Assembly (NCBI RefSeq): GCF_035084215.1
Contig: NC_090361.1
Location: 1,426,001 to 1,490,000 of the forward strand
Direction of reading: 5' to 3'
DNA length: 64,000 nt
Origin: Heptranchias perlo
Taxonomy: Eukaryota
Shown: in pieces, positions 49,801-61,796 of the stretch
Layout: each line of letters begins with the position of its first letter
How positions within the stretch are numbered: position 1 is the first letter of the stretch
Program-made: the position numbers and the translations under genes
Notes under the pieces: generated by a model
What the model saw: the letters and a program-made list of their open reading frames with translations, nothing else
The model's database searches: none
What the model was told of the DNA's origin: nothing

Positions 49801-52800
49801 CAGGCTACTTGGCCAACATTCAGTCTGGGATGATTCGCAGTTTCCTCCAGTTTAACAATTGGGAAGTCTGAAACCCTCTCCACCGACTCCATCCGTCTCC
49901 CCGGCCAAAGTCTCAGGCTGAACCTAGGCCTCTTACTTGACCCCAAGCTGAACTTCTGACCCTAAATCATCTCCATCACAAAAACCACCTACCTCCTCTC
50001 TGTAACATCGCCCATCTCCACCCCTGCCGTAGCTCATCAGCTCATCTGCTGCTGAAACCCTCACCCATGCCCCCGTCACCTCCCGACTCGGCTACTTCAA
50101 TGCTCTCCTGGCCGTCCTCCCATCCTCTGTAAACTTCAGCTCATCCAAAACTCTGCTGCCTGTATTCGAACTCACACAGTCCTGCTGACGCATCACCTCT
50201 GTGCTCACTGACCAATACTGGCTCCTGGTCCTCCAATGTCTCAATTATAATTCTCATCGTCGTGTCTAAATCCCTCCATGGCCTCGCCCCTCCCTATCTC
50301 TATAACCTCCCCCAGCCCTACAACCCCCTCCAAACTTTCTGTTCCTCTGCCTCTGGCCTCTTGTGTATCCAACGTCTCTCAGTCCCACTGTTGGCGGCCG
50401 TGCCTTCAGCCCACACTCTGGAATTCTCGCCCTAAACCTCCACCTCTCCACCTCCCTCTCCTCCTTTAAGACCCTCCTTAAAACCCAATGTATTGACTAA
50501 GCTTTTGGTCCCCCACCAATATCTCCTCTGTCTTGGTGTCCATTTTTTGAATAGGTCTCTGTGAAGCACCTTGGGATGTTTTTCTATGTTAAAGGCGCGA
50601 TCTAGATGCAAGTTGTTGTCTGTGCCCCTGCGCACGGTCCTCGCGTGTGCGGTGCGCACGGTCCTCGCGTGTGCGGTGCGCACGGTCCTCGCGTGTGCGG
50701 TGCCCCGTGCGCCGGTCCTCGCGTGTGCGGTGCGTGTTTCACCCTTGTTCTAACATTAACGTGTTTCAGTGAGTGTCTCTCCTACATTGGTCCCCTTGGT
50801 GTTGCAGAATAACATTCCTGTCTTCAGCCCGGCCCTGACCGATGGGTCTCTCGGTGACATGATCTACTTCCACTCGTACAAGACCCCTGGCCTGGTGCTC
50901 GATATTGTTGAAGGTGCGTGGGGAGGGAGATCGTGATCAGCACGTTAATAACGTTCAGTGAGTGAGCGCACAAAGTAACAGAGACCGTCACTCGACAACA
51001 CCCCAGAGCCATGTCGTGGAGTGGCATCGTCCGACCTGTGGGGGGGGCGGGGAAGGATGGGTCACTGTGACCGGGGGGTGGGAGGGGTCACTGTGACCGG
51101 GAAGGAGGGGCGAGGGAGGGTCACTGTGACCCAGAGAGGGGGGAGGGGAGGTTCACTGTGACAGGTGGGGAGGAGGAGTGCGAGGGGTCACTGTGACTGG
51201 GGGATGGGGAAGGGGGGTTTACTGTGACCGGGGGAGGGGGAAGGGGGGTTTACTGTGACCGGGGGAGGGGGAAGGGGGGTTTACTGTGACCGGGGGAGGG
51301 GGAAGGGGGGTTTACTGTGACCGGGGGAGGGGTCGCTGTGACCGGGGGAGGGGGAAGGGGGGTTTACTGTGACCGGGGGAGGGGTCGCTGTGACCGGGGG
51401 TGGGGGAAGGGGGGTTTACTGTGACCGGGGGAGGGGTCGCTGTGACCGGGGGAGGGGGAAGGGGGGTCACTGTGACTGGGGGATGGGGAAGGGGGGGTTT
51501 ACTGTGACCGGGGGAGGGGGAAGGGGGGTTTACTGTGACCGGGGGAGGGGGAAGGGGGGTTTACTGTGACCGGGGGAGGGGTCGCTGTGACCGGGGGAGG
51601 GGGAAGGGGGGTTTACTGTGACCGGGGGAGGGGTCGCTGTGACCGGGGGTGGGGGAAGGGGGGTTTACTGTGACCGGGGGAGGGGTCGCTGTGACCGGGG
51701 GAGGGGGAAGGGGGGTTTAATGTGACCGGGGGAGGGGGAAGGGGGGTTTACTGTGACCGGGGGAGGGGGAAGGGGGGTTTACTGTGACCGGGGAGGGGGA
51801 AGGGGGGTTTACTGTGACCGGGGGAGGGGGAAGGGGGGTTTACTGTGACCGGGGGAGGGGTCGCTGTGACCGGGGGTGGGGGAAGGGGGGTTTACTGTGA
51901 CCGGGGGGGGAGGGGAGGGGTCGCTGGGAGGGGGGAGGGGTCGCTGTGAGGAGGGGAGGGGTCGCTGTGACTGGGGGAGGGGTCGCTGTGACCGGGGGAG
52001 GGGGGAGGGGTCGCTGTGACCGGGGGAGGGGGGTTTACTGTGACCCGGGGAGGGGGAAGGGGGGTTTACTGTGACCGGGGGAGGGGTCGCTGTGACCGGG
52101 GGAGGGGGAAGGGGGGTTTACTGTGACCGGGGGAGGGGTCGCTGTGACCGGGGGTGGGGGAAGGGGGGTTTACTGTGACCGGGGGAGGGGTCGCTGTGAC
52201 CGGGGGAGGGGGAAGGGGGGTTTAATGTGACCGGGGGAGGGGGAAGGGGGGTTTACTGTGACCGGGGGAGGGGGAAGGGGGGTTTACTGTGACCGGGGAG
52301 GGGGAAGGGGGGTTTACTGTGACCGGGGGAGGGGGAAGGGGGGTTTACTGTGACCGGGGGAGGGGTCGCTGTGACCGGGGGTGGGGGAAGGGGGGTTTAC
52401 TGTGACCGGGGGGGGAGGGGAGGGGAGGGGTCGCTGTGACTGGGGGAGGGGTCGCTGTGACTGGGGGAGGGGTCGCTGTGACCGGGAGAGGGGGGGAGGG
52501 GTCGCTGTGACCGGGGGAGGGGGGTTTACTGTGACCCGGGGAGGTGCTCCCCTCAGTCGGGGGTTTCTGTAACGCTCGGTATTATTACCTGACGGTGGTG
52601 CCTGTTCCTCTGTTCACCTCAATCCAGACATCCGCAGAATCAACAACCAGGCCGTGTACGCCCAGCGAACGGGGATGATCATTCTGGGCGGAGGTGTGGT
52701 GAAGCATCATATCGCCAACGCCAACCTCATGGTCAGTGCTCGCAATCCTGATCCATTTGTTCTTCCCTTGATCAGAACATAAGAAATAGGCCGTACGGCC

Positions 52801-55800
52801 CCTCCAGCCTGCTCCACCATTCAATCAGATCATGGCTGATCTTCGATCTTAACTCCACTTTCCTGCCCGATCCCCATATCCCTTGATTCCCCCAGAGTCC
52901 AAAAATCTATCGATCTCACCCTTGAATATATTCAATTACTGAGCATCTGTAGTAGACAGCTCTCTGGGGTAAAGAATTCCAAAGACTTACCACTCTCAGA
53001 GTGAAGAAATTTCTCCTCATCTCAGTCCTAAATGGCCGACCCCTTATCCTGAGACTATGCCCTGTGGTTCTAGACTCTCTAGCCGGGGGAAACGGCCTCT
53101 CAGCATCTACCCTGTCAAGCCCCTCAGAATCTTATGTTTCAATCAGATCACCTTTCAATCTTCTAAAGTCCAGAAAATATGGGCCCATTCTAATCAATCT
53201 CCCCTCATAGGACATTTCAGGAATCAATCTAGTGAACTTTCGTTGCACTGTCTCTAAGGCAAGTATATCCTTCCTTAGATAAGAAAACCAAAACTGTACA
53301 CAGTTCTCCAGGTGAGATCTCACCAATGCCCTGTACAATTGCAGCAACACCTCCAAACTCTTGTACTCCAACCCCCTTGCAATAAAGGCCAACATGCCAT
53401 TTGCTTTCCTGATTGTTTGCTGTACCTGCATGTTAACTTTCTGTGCTTTATGTACAAGGACACCCAAATCCCTCTGAACACCAACATTTAATAGTTTCTC
53501 ACCATTAAAAAATATTCAGTTTTTCTATTCTTCCTACCAAAGTGAATAACCTCACATTTCCCCACATTATACTCCATCTGCCACCTTCTTGCCCACTCAC
53601 TTAACCTGTCTATATCCCTTTGCAGACTCTTTGTGTCCTCCTCACAGCTTACTTTCCCACCTAGCTTTGTATCATCAGCAAACTTGGATACATTACACTC
53701 GGTCCCTTCATCCACATCATTAATATAGATTGTAAATAGCTGAGGCCCAAGCACTGATCCTTGCGGCACCCCACTAGTTACAGCCTGCCAACCTGAGAAT
53801 GACCTGTTTATCCCTACTCTCTGTTTTCTGTCAATTAGCCAATCCTCTATCCAGGCTAATATATTACCCCAACCCCATGAGCCCTTATCTGGTGTAACAA
53901 CCTTTTGTGTGGCATCTTATCGAATGCCTTTTGAAAATCCAAATATACTACATCCACTGCTTCCACTTTATCTACCCTGCTAGTTACACCCTCAAAAAAA
54001 CTCCAGTAGATTTGTCAAACACGATATCCCTTTCATAAAACCATGTTGACTCTGCCTAATCATATTATGATTTTCTAAGTGCCCTGTTACCACGCCCTTA
54101 ATAATGGATTCCAGCATTTTCCCAACTACTGATGTCAGGCTAACTGGCCTGTAGTTCCCTGTTTTCTCTCTCCCTCCTTTCTTGAATAGTGGGGTTAATT
54201 TTGCTACATTCCAATCCACGGGAACCATTCTAGAATCTAGGGAATTTTGGAAGATCACAACCAATACATCCACTGTCTCTGCAGCCACCTCTTTTAGAAC
54301 CCTCGGATGTAGACCATCAGGACCAGGGGATTGTCGGCTTTTAGTCCCATTAATTTCTCCAGTACTTTTTCTTTACTCATATTAATTACTTTAAGTTCCT
54401 CACTCTCACTAGACCCTTGGTTCCCCACTATTTCTGGTATGTTTTTTGTGTCTTCTTCTGTGAAGACATATACAAAATATCTGTTCAACGTCTCTGCCAT
54501 TTCCTGATTCCCCATTATAATTTCTCCAGTCTCAGTCTCTAAGGACCCACGTTAACTTTCACCACTCTCTTCCTTTTTACACACTTGTACAAGCTCTTAC
54601 AATCTGTTTTTATATTTCTTGCTAGTTTACTCTCATATTCTATTTTCTCCCTCTTTATCAATTTTTTGATCATCCTTTGTTGGTTTCTAAAACTCTCCCA
54701 ATCCTCAGGCTTATTATTCTTGGCAACATTATAGGCCTCTTCTTTCAATCTAATACTCTCCTTAACTTCTTTAGTTAGCTACGGGTGGATCACTTTTCCT
54801 GTGGAGTTTTTATTTCTCAATGGAATGTATATTCGTTGAGAATATTGAAATATTTCTTTAAATGTTTGCCATTGCTTTTCAACCATCATACCTTTTAATC
54901 TAATTTCCCAATCAAGTGTAGCCAACTCACCCCTTGTACCTATGTAATTGGCTTTATTTAAGTTTAAGACTCTAGTTTCGGACTTAAGTACGTCACTCTT
55001 GAACTCAATGTGAAATTCTGTCATATTATGATCACTCTTCCCCAGAGGATCCCTTACTATGAGATTACTAATTAATCCTGTCTCATTGCACAAGACAAGA
55101 TCTAAAATAACCTGTTCCCCAGTTGGTTCCATGATGTATTGTTCCAGGAAACTGTCTCGAATGCATTCCATGAACTCGTCCTCCAAACTACTTTCACCAA
55201 TTCGATTTGTCCAGTCTCTATGAAGATTAAAATCCCCCATGATTATTGCATTACCTTTGTTACAAGCTTTTCTTATTTCTTGATCCTGATCCATTTGTTG
55301 TCGCCTCATTAACAGAGGAATGGAGCGGACTATTCTGTGTACGTGAACACGGGCCAGGAATTCGATGGGTCGGACTCTGGAGCGAAACCGGATGAAGCCG
55401 TTTCCTGGGGTAAAATTCGCTCGGATTCGAAACCGGTGAAGGTGAGTTTCTATTTCTGGGTCTTCACCCACCGTGGGAGTTAAAATCTCTCCCTGAAATC
55501 ATCAGTACTCCTGTCCCTGACACTGTCAGTTGATGGATACAGAGCGATGCTGTCTGTTTCATCTTATAATTACACACTCAGTCAGAGCTCGTGAGGTGAA
55601 GTTACAATCCACGGGAGATTCCAACAAGGCACCTGGCTCAGTCACACTGTTTACTCAACAGTCACCTCGAGACTAAAGTAATGGGAAAGAAAGCATTTTA
55701 TCACTGACCAGGTAGCATGCTATCACTGGTACAGGGTGTACACTACTGCTCACACTGACAAGTGTGCACACTACTGCATTCACTGGCTCTCAGTGTGCAC

Positions 55801-56348
55801 ATTAATGGGCTCTCACTCATTGTCACTATATATGTCACTTGTGCGCATATTGGCTCTGGGCACCTATGTTCCTACAGAGTGTACACACCACTGCTCAAAC
55901 TGACCGGCCTGCTCCGTGTACACACTGCAGTGTCGAGGGAGGGGGTGAATAGCTGAGCAGGGTCCGGGCAGAGTGGGCAGTGTCGGGGGGGGGGGAGGGA
56001 GGGTGGGCAGGGGGGGGGGGGGGGGGGGGCAGGGAGGGGGGGGGGGCAGGGAGGGGGAGATGGGGGGGTGGGCAGTGTCGGGGGGGGGGGAAGAGGGGGG
56101 CGGGCAGGCAGTGTCGGGGGGAGGGGGTGGACAGTGTTGGGTGCGCGGATGCTGTCGGGGCGGGGGGGGCAGTGTTGGGGGGAGGGGGAGGACGGACAGT
56201 GTCGGGGGTGGGGGGGTCTCTGTGTATTAAATGCTTGTTCTTTTTCTCCTAGATCTGTGCCGATGCCACTCTCGTTTTCCCGCTGCTGGTCGCTGAAACG
56301 TTTGCTCGGAAGTTCAGTGCATTCTCCCCTCAATCAAAGATGCATTAA
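43880..56348 (+). CDS. DHPS: Deoxyhypusine synthase, 370 aa (365 aa from ATG 43895): join(43880..44089, 44738..44902, 46296..46417, 47199..47295, 49022..49108, 50808..50913, 52628..52731, 55316..55441, 56253..56348)
   Basis: Nine GT-AG exons sum to 1113 nt in frame. Motifs [87 protein letters not shown] (catalytic Lys) and DATLVFPLL. Acceptor upstream of the ATG at 43836. Confidence 0.97.
45132..45520. repeat. 44-bp minisatellite, about 9 copies
   Basis: Unit gtataacactggggtacagtactggtgggtacagatctgtc(a/c)ct. Confidence 0.9.
45845..46012. repeat. 14-bp repeat rich in alternating purine-pyrimidine steps
   Basis: Unit gtgtgcgtgtccgc. Other short GC-rich arrays at 48675-48770 (20 bp) and 50630-50735 (24 bp). 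Confidence 0.9.
47340..47825 (+). mobile_element. CR1 LINE 3' fragment
   Basis: ORF 47438-47713 [11 protein letters not shown]...EKLFPLV; tail ggctcgaggggctgaatggcctcctcctgttcct. Confidence 0.82.
48238..48510. repeat. 29-bp minisatellite, about 9 copies
   Basis: Unit gagtgttttgaggagtggagggtg(t/g)ggcg. Confidence 0.92.
49130..50620 (+). mobile_element. Degraded L2-like LINE containing a perfect 15-bp array (49268-49514)
   Basis: Translations [16 protein letters not shown] and [14 protein letters not shown]...WLLSYLSDR resemble L2 RT. Tail aaaggcgcgatctagatgcaagttgttg. 16 exact copies of actctccctcctcaa. Confidence 0.8.
51060..52540. repeat. About 1.5-kb G-rich composite minisatellite (about 31 and 21 bp units) in a DHPS intron
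   Basis: Units tgtgaccgggggagggggaaggggggtttac and tgtgaccgggggaggggtcgc. Confidence 0.95.
52774..55286 (-). mobile_element. 5'-truncated CR1 LINE (~2.5 kb)
   Basis: ORFs 53132-53467, 53488-53769 ([15 protein letters not shown]), 53992-54288 and 54779-55471 (IMGDFN, LDLVL, SDHN); tail agaacataagaaatagg at 52774. Confidence 0.92.
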
Positions 56349-57204
56349 TGAACTCCCTGAGCCTGCAGGTGTAACGCTGGACCCTGCTACCAGTGGCACT
56401 GTCCCGCTGGAATCGGATGCCACCCTGATCCTGCTCGGACTCGTCTGCTAATCACTCCTCACTTCCCATGGGAAGCTTGGGAACTTGCTGTGATTCCCAA
56501 TCCCACTGCTTTGCAACGTAGAATTGAGGAAGGAGAGAGGAGCGGAGCCGGGTCTGTGCGGACGAACCCTGAGGGTGAGCCGTACACGAGCTCCGTCATC
56601 AGGGCCAAACCTTAAAAACTGTTTTGAAAGGAGAATGTTTGCTTTGAGATTTTGGGGGAGGTAAACGGGTGATTTTCTTTCTGCTTTAAGCTATGCCAGA
56701 GAGGGTCAGGGGGGCAAAGATCGGGAGGATGGGGCAGTGCCGGGTGCCGTGGGGACTGGGGACATTTCTGGTATTAACAAATTTACAGTTGAGTTAACGG
56801 CAGCTTCAGCCTGGGAACCAGTAGAACTAAGTGTGTCTGATTCGTGCCACCCTGGCTGTGCCCCAGTGACAGGACTCCCCCCACCCCCCCCCCTCCTCCT
56901 CCTCACCAAACGTGGACAGGTCCTGGTCCTGACAGCAAAGAACCCAAGATCCTAAATCCAGTCTGTCTCCCTTGCTGCGTGGGGTGGGGACGTTTAGTGG
57001 GAGGCAGCAGCGTGTTCCACAGGCCCCCCCCCAGGCCCCGGCCCCCCCCCCCCCCCCCCCCCCAGGCCCCACCCCGTCCCCCCCCAGGCCCCCCCCCCAG
57101 GCCCCGTCCCCCCAGCACAGTATGGAGAGGAACAGAAATGTAAAAATGAATCAGACCCTCTCTGGAGTAACCCATGTGGAATGAATGGTTTTTTAAATTC
57201 TCTG

Positions 57205-57380
57205 TTTATTTATTTGAGGCCCTGGTTTGCTGCTGTATCTGCTGCTAGTTGGATATAAATAAAATCAATTGGTGAAAGTACACGCTGGGTTTGAGTTTAT
57301 TGCCGCCGGTTTTGTTCACTGGGGGTCCTGTCATTACAAGCACTGGAATCACAGCCACATCCAAAAGTAATCATTTTATT
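57205..57380. other. Convergent polyadenylation signal cluster of DHPS (+) and WDR83 (-)
   Basis: Plus AATAAA 57258-57263; minus AATAAA at 57205-57214 (two overlapping), 57296-57301 and 57375-57380. Confidence 0.65.
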
Positions 57381-57597
57381 CATCGTTTAAATCACATGGA
57401 CAAGAGATGATCAGAGGTTGGTGTGAAGTTAAGTTCAGTGGGTTCACTTCACGATATCCTCTCTGTGTCAGTGCGAAGTTGCCATGTCAGGCTGTGGGGA
57501 CCAGAGGCTCTGTAAACGGTGCTTCTGTTGTTCGGCCCTTGTAACCATTGCAAAGGCTGAGAGTTTGTCCATGACGCAGGGCCTGTACTGGAGATCG

Positions 57598-60500
57598 TCA
57601 CGGGGCTGCCTGTGTGTCTGGCTCGTAGCTCTCGTCTCTCCAGACCTGGACAGTGCCCTCAGTCGCGGTGAGTAAGCAGGCCTCTGTCGGATGGTAGCTC
57701 AGTGAATGCACCACTCCCTTTCCAACCACGAGGGTCACAGCCCGTGAACCCTGGGACCAATAAATCACAACGTGTTAGTGCAGTTTACAAAAGAAAGACC
57801 GGCCTGTCCCTCCCTCAGTCCTGCATGGGGAGAATCAGCCTGGAGTCTCTGGAGTGGGACTGAAACCCACAACCTCTGACTCAGAGGCGAGAGTTACCCA
57901 CCGAACCATGGCCGACACCTTTCTTTGCTGCCCCTCCCCGCCCCATCGCCAAATGTGCTGATTGAGGCTGGGCTACGATTACCACAGGGGCCTGGTCCCC
58001 CTCCAGCACCACAACCCAAAAGGCCATTCCTTCTACGTGAGCCAAACCTGATCCTGTCCTCACTGGGGGTCTGTCCAGGAGTCCTCACTGGACAGTGATT
58101 GGGGGAAGAGTCTGCTCACCTCGACCAGATCCCAGAAATACACGTGTCCGTCCTCGGAGCCGCTCACCACGTGCGTGTCCGTCTCATTGAAGCAACAGTC
58201 CAGTCTGTACTCCCTGCTCCTGTGTCCCGTGTATCTGATGAAACAAAGGGTACCTTCAGTTCAGTGTCTGGGGGGAGGGGGGGGGGGGGGGGGGAGAGGG
58301 ATCGGTTCCGTGCCTGGTTACCAGTTATGAGTCTAACGGTCCATCACTCAAACACCGCGACAGATCGGTTGCTGGACGGGTTACACTGGGCGGTGATTCC
58401 ATGTTGGGACTGGGGGGGGGGGGGGGGGAGGGGGGACTGCGGGGAGGGCGGAGGGACTGCGGGGAGGGCGGAGGGACTGAGGGGAGGGCGGAGGGACTGC
58501 GGGGAGGGCGGAGGGACTGCGGGGAGGGCGGAGGGACTGCGGGGAGGGCGGAGGGACTGCGGGGAGGGCGGAGGGACTGAGGGGAGGGCGGAGGGACTGA
58601 GGGGAGGGTTCTACACTCCCCTTGTTCCTGAGCAGGGAAATCACTGGCGGGGAGCTGCAGGTGGCCAAGTCTGAGCTTAATGTGACCTGGGGCTCAGTGG
58701 GTACATTCACCCCCCCCTGCTGTGGTACCGAGACACACAGACAGTTCAAACCCCCTGCCAGTGCTGAGTTACCTGATCTCGGCCGAGGCAGCAGCTACAA
58801 CTGTCTCTGCCTTTGGTTTGTGGCGTGAGTGGGGAACCAGCAGAGACACCAGGTGACTGGGCCAGTGCCTTCAGGAGAGGTTGGGGAGGGGGGAAGAGAG
58901 TTGGTGTTTGATTCTGCTTTTGGTTCTCCTGCCTCAGGACACGACTGATACAGGGGTTTCACCTACTCTCCCAGCAGCTCCCAGTCTCCTTATCCAACAG
59001 ACGTAACGTGGAGTCCAGGCTGGAACTGAGCGAGCACTGACCATCCCTGCTGAGACACACACTCGTTATCGGACCTGTGAGAGAGAGAGAGAGACACACG
59101 CTGACCGTCACTCTGTGTGTAATAGAGACACGCTGACCGTCACTCTGTCTGTAATAGAGACACGCTGACCGTCACTCTGTCTGTAATAGACACACGCTGA
59201 CCGTCACTCTGTCTGTAATAGAGACACGCTGACCGTCACTCTGTGTGTAATAGAGACACGCTGACCGTCACTCTGTCTGTAATAGACACACGCTGACCGT
59301 CACTCTGTCTGTAATAGACACACGCTGACCGTCACTCTGTCTGTAATAGACACACGCTGACCGTCACTCTGTCTGTAATAGACACACGCTGACCGTCACT
59401 CTGTCTGTAATAGACACACGCTGACCGTCACTCTGTCTGTAATAGACACACGCTGACCGTCACTCTGTCTGTAATAGACACACGCTGACCGTCACTCTGT
59501 CTGTAATAGACACACGCTGACCGTCACTCTGTCTGTAATAGACACACGCTGACCGTCACTCTGTCTGTAATAGACACACGCTGACCGTCACGCTGTCTGT
59601 AATAGACACACGCTGACCGTCACGCTGTCTGTAATAGACACACGCTGACCGTCACTCTGTCTGTAATAGACACACGCTGACCGTCACTCTGTCTGTAATA
59701 GAGACACGCTGACCGTCACTCTGTCTGTAATAGACACACGCTGACCGTCACTCTGTCTGTAATAGAGACACGCTGACCGTCACTCTGTCTGTAATAGACA
59801 CACGCTGACCGTCACTCTGTCTGTAATAGACACACGCTGACCGTCACTCTGTCTGTAATAGAGACACGCTGACCGTCACTCTGTCTGTAATAGACACACG
59901 CTGAGCGTCACTCTGTCTGTAATAGACACACGCTGAGCGTCACTCTGTCTGTAATAGACACACGCTGAGCGTCACTCTGTCTGTAATAGACACACGCTGA
60001 GCGTCACTCTGTCTGTAATAGACACACGCTGAGCGTCACTCTGTCTGTAATAGACACACGCTGAGCGTCACTCTGTCTGTAATAGAGACACACGCTGAGC
60101 GTCACTGTCTGTAATAGAGACACACGCTGAGCGTCACTCTGTCTGTAATAGAGACACACGCTGAGCGTCACTCTGTCTGTAATAGAGACACACGCTGACC
60201 GTCACTCTGTCTGTAATAGACACACGCTGACCGTCACTCTGTCTGTAATAGAGACACACGCTGAGCGTCACTCTGTCTGTAATAGAGACACACGCTGAGC
60301 GTCACTCTGTCTGTAATAGAGACACACGCTGACCGTCACTCTGTCTGTAATAGACACACGCTGACCGTCACTCTGTCTGTAATAGAGACACACGCTGAGC
60401 GTCACTCTGTCTGTAATAGAGACACACACTGGCCCTCAGTCTGTAATACTGAGAGAGACACATACTGACCTGTCTGAACTGATACACTATAATTCCATCC

Positions 60501-61796
60501 CGTTACAGATTTAATGTGTCCCCTATTGTCCAGCACTTACTTCCAACGAAATCTGCGAACAGCTGTCCCATCCGCAGATCGTATCGTCGAACCCGCCCAT
60601 CAACAGACCTAAAACAACAGGAAGCTGTTACAGAATCCATTTTATTAAATAGTGTCCCTTTGTTTAATAGAATCCATTTTGTTTAATAGTCAAGCGTTAT
60701 ATTTAAGCCTTTAATTAAGGTTAGTCTAATCTACACAAAGCGCATTTCAGTGTGGTTTTAGGGTAAATACCACTGTCGTGTACCCATTAGTCACTTCATC
60801 GTTGCCTTTAATTCAACAGTCCAAAATCCACGCTAACAGTGCAGAACAAACCTCTCAGTTACACACTGAACTAATCGTCTTAAGACCCACTCACAAAATC
60901 TCAGCCCACTCCTCACCTGCCCTGTGTTTCAGCTATCACCCTCTGCATTTCCAGCTCTGGCCCACTGCCTAGTCCTCTCCCATTGGGTCCACTTTGTGGG
61001 GTTTCCGTGTGAGGCCGTGCGTGTACACGCGGGGTTTCCGTGTGAGGCCGAGCGTGTACACGCGGGGTTTCCGTGTGAGGCCGAGCGTGTACACGCGGGG
61101 TTTCCGTGTGAGGCCGAGCGTGTACACGCGGGGTTTCCGTGTGAGGCCGTGCGTGTACACGCGGGGTTTCCGTGTGAGGCCGTGCGTGTACACGCGGGGT
61201 TTCCGTGTGAGGCCGTGCGTGTACACGCGGGGTTTCCGTGTGAGGCCGTGCGTGTACACGCGGGGTTTCCGTGTGAGGCCGTGCGTGTACACGCGGGGTT
61301 TCCGTGTGAGGCCGTGCGTGTACACGCGGGGTTTCCGTGTGAGGCCGTGCGTGTACACGCGGGGTTTCCGTGTGAGGCCGTGCGTGTACACGCGGGGTTT
61401 CCGTGTGAGGCAGTGCGTGTACACGCGGGGTTTCCGTGTGAGGCCGTGCGTGTACACGCGGGGTTTCCGTGTGAGGCCGTGTACGCACGTGGGGTTTCAG
61501 TGTGAAGCCGAGCGTGTACACGTGGGGTTTCAGTGTGAAGCTGTGCGTGTACACGTGGGGTTTCAGTGTGAAGCTGTGCGTGTACACGTGGGGTTTCAGT
61601 GTGAAGCCGAGCGTGTACACGTGGGGTTTCAGTGTGAAGCTGTGCGTGTACACGTGGGTTTCAGTGTGAAGCTGTGTACGCACGTGGTTTATTCTTCTTG
61701 TTAAATTGCCCGGTCTGTTATCGTTGCCCTTCTGTGACACTCACCCTGACAGAATTTCGTGATCTGAAACCTTCACACTGGAAACTCCATCCTTCA
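57598..61796 (-). CDS. WDR83: WD repeat protein 83 (MORG1), 3' exons: complement join(61745..>61796, 60541..60608, 58967..59074, 58120..58234, 57598..57750); 5' part lost at the gap; apparent 1-nt deletion near 58981
   Basis: KDGVSSVKVSDHEILSG|SVDGRVRRYDLRMGQLFADFVG|SPITSVCLSRDGQCSLSSSLDSTLRLLDKETG..|YTGHRSREYRLDCCFNETDTHVVSGSEDGHVYFWDLVE|GSRAVTLVVGKGVVHSLSYHPTEACLLTATEGTVQVWRDESYEPDTQAAP*. GT-AG sites; tail-to-tail with DHPS. Confidence 0.93.
58430..58610. repeat. 20-bp G-rich tandem repeat
   Basis: Unit gggactgcggggagggcgga. Confidence 0.9.
59092..60430. repeat. 32-34 bp minisatellite, about 41 copies, occupying most of a WDR83 intron
   Basis: Unit cacgctgaccgtcactctgtctgtaatagaca. Confidence 0.96.
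60995..61690. repeat. 33-bp minisatellite, about 21 copies, with an internal 12-bp palindrome
   Basis: Unit ggggtttccgtgtgaggccgtgcgtgtacacgc; gcgtgtacacgc is self-complementary. Confidence 0.95.

Noticed and set aside
59092-60430. CRISPR-like regular repeats
   Set aside because: Head-to-tail units with no unique spacers, no cas genes, and a eukaryotic intron context. The same holds for all arrays here.
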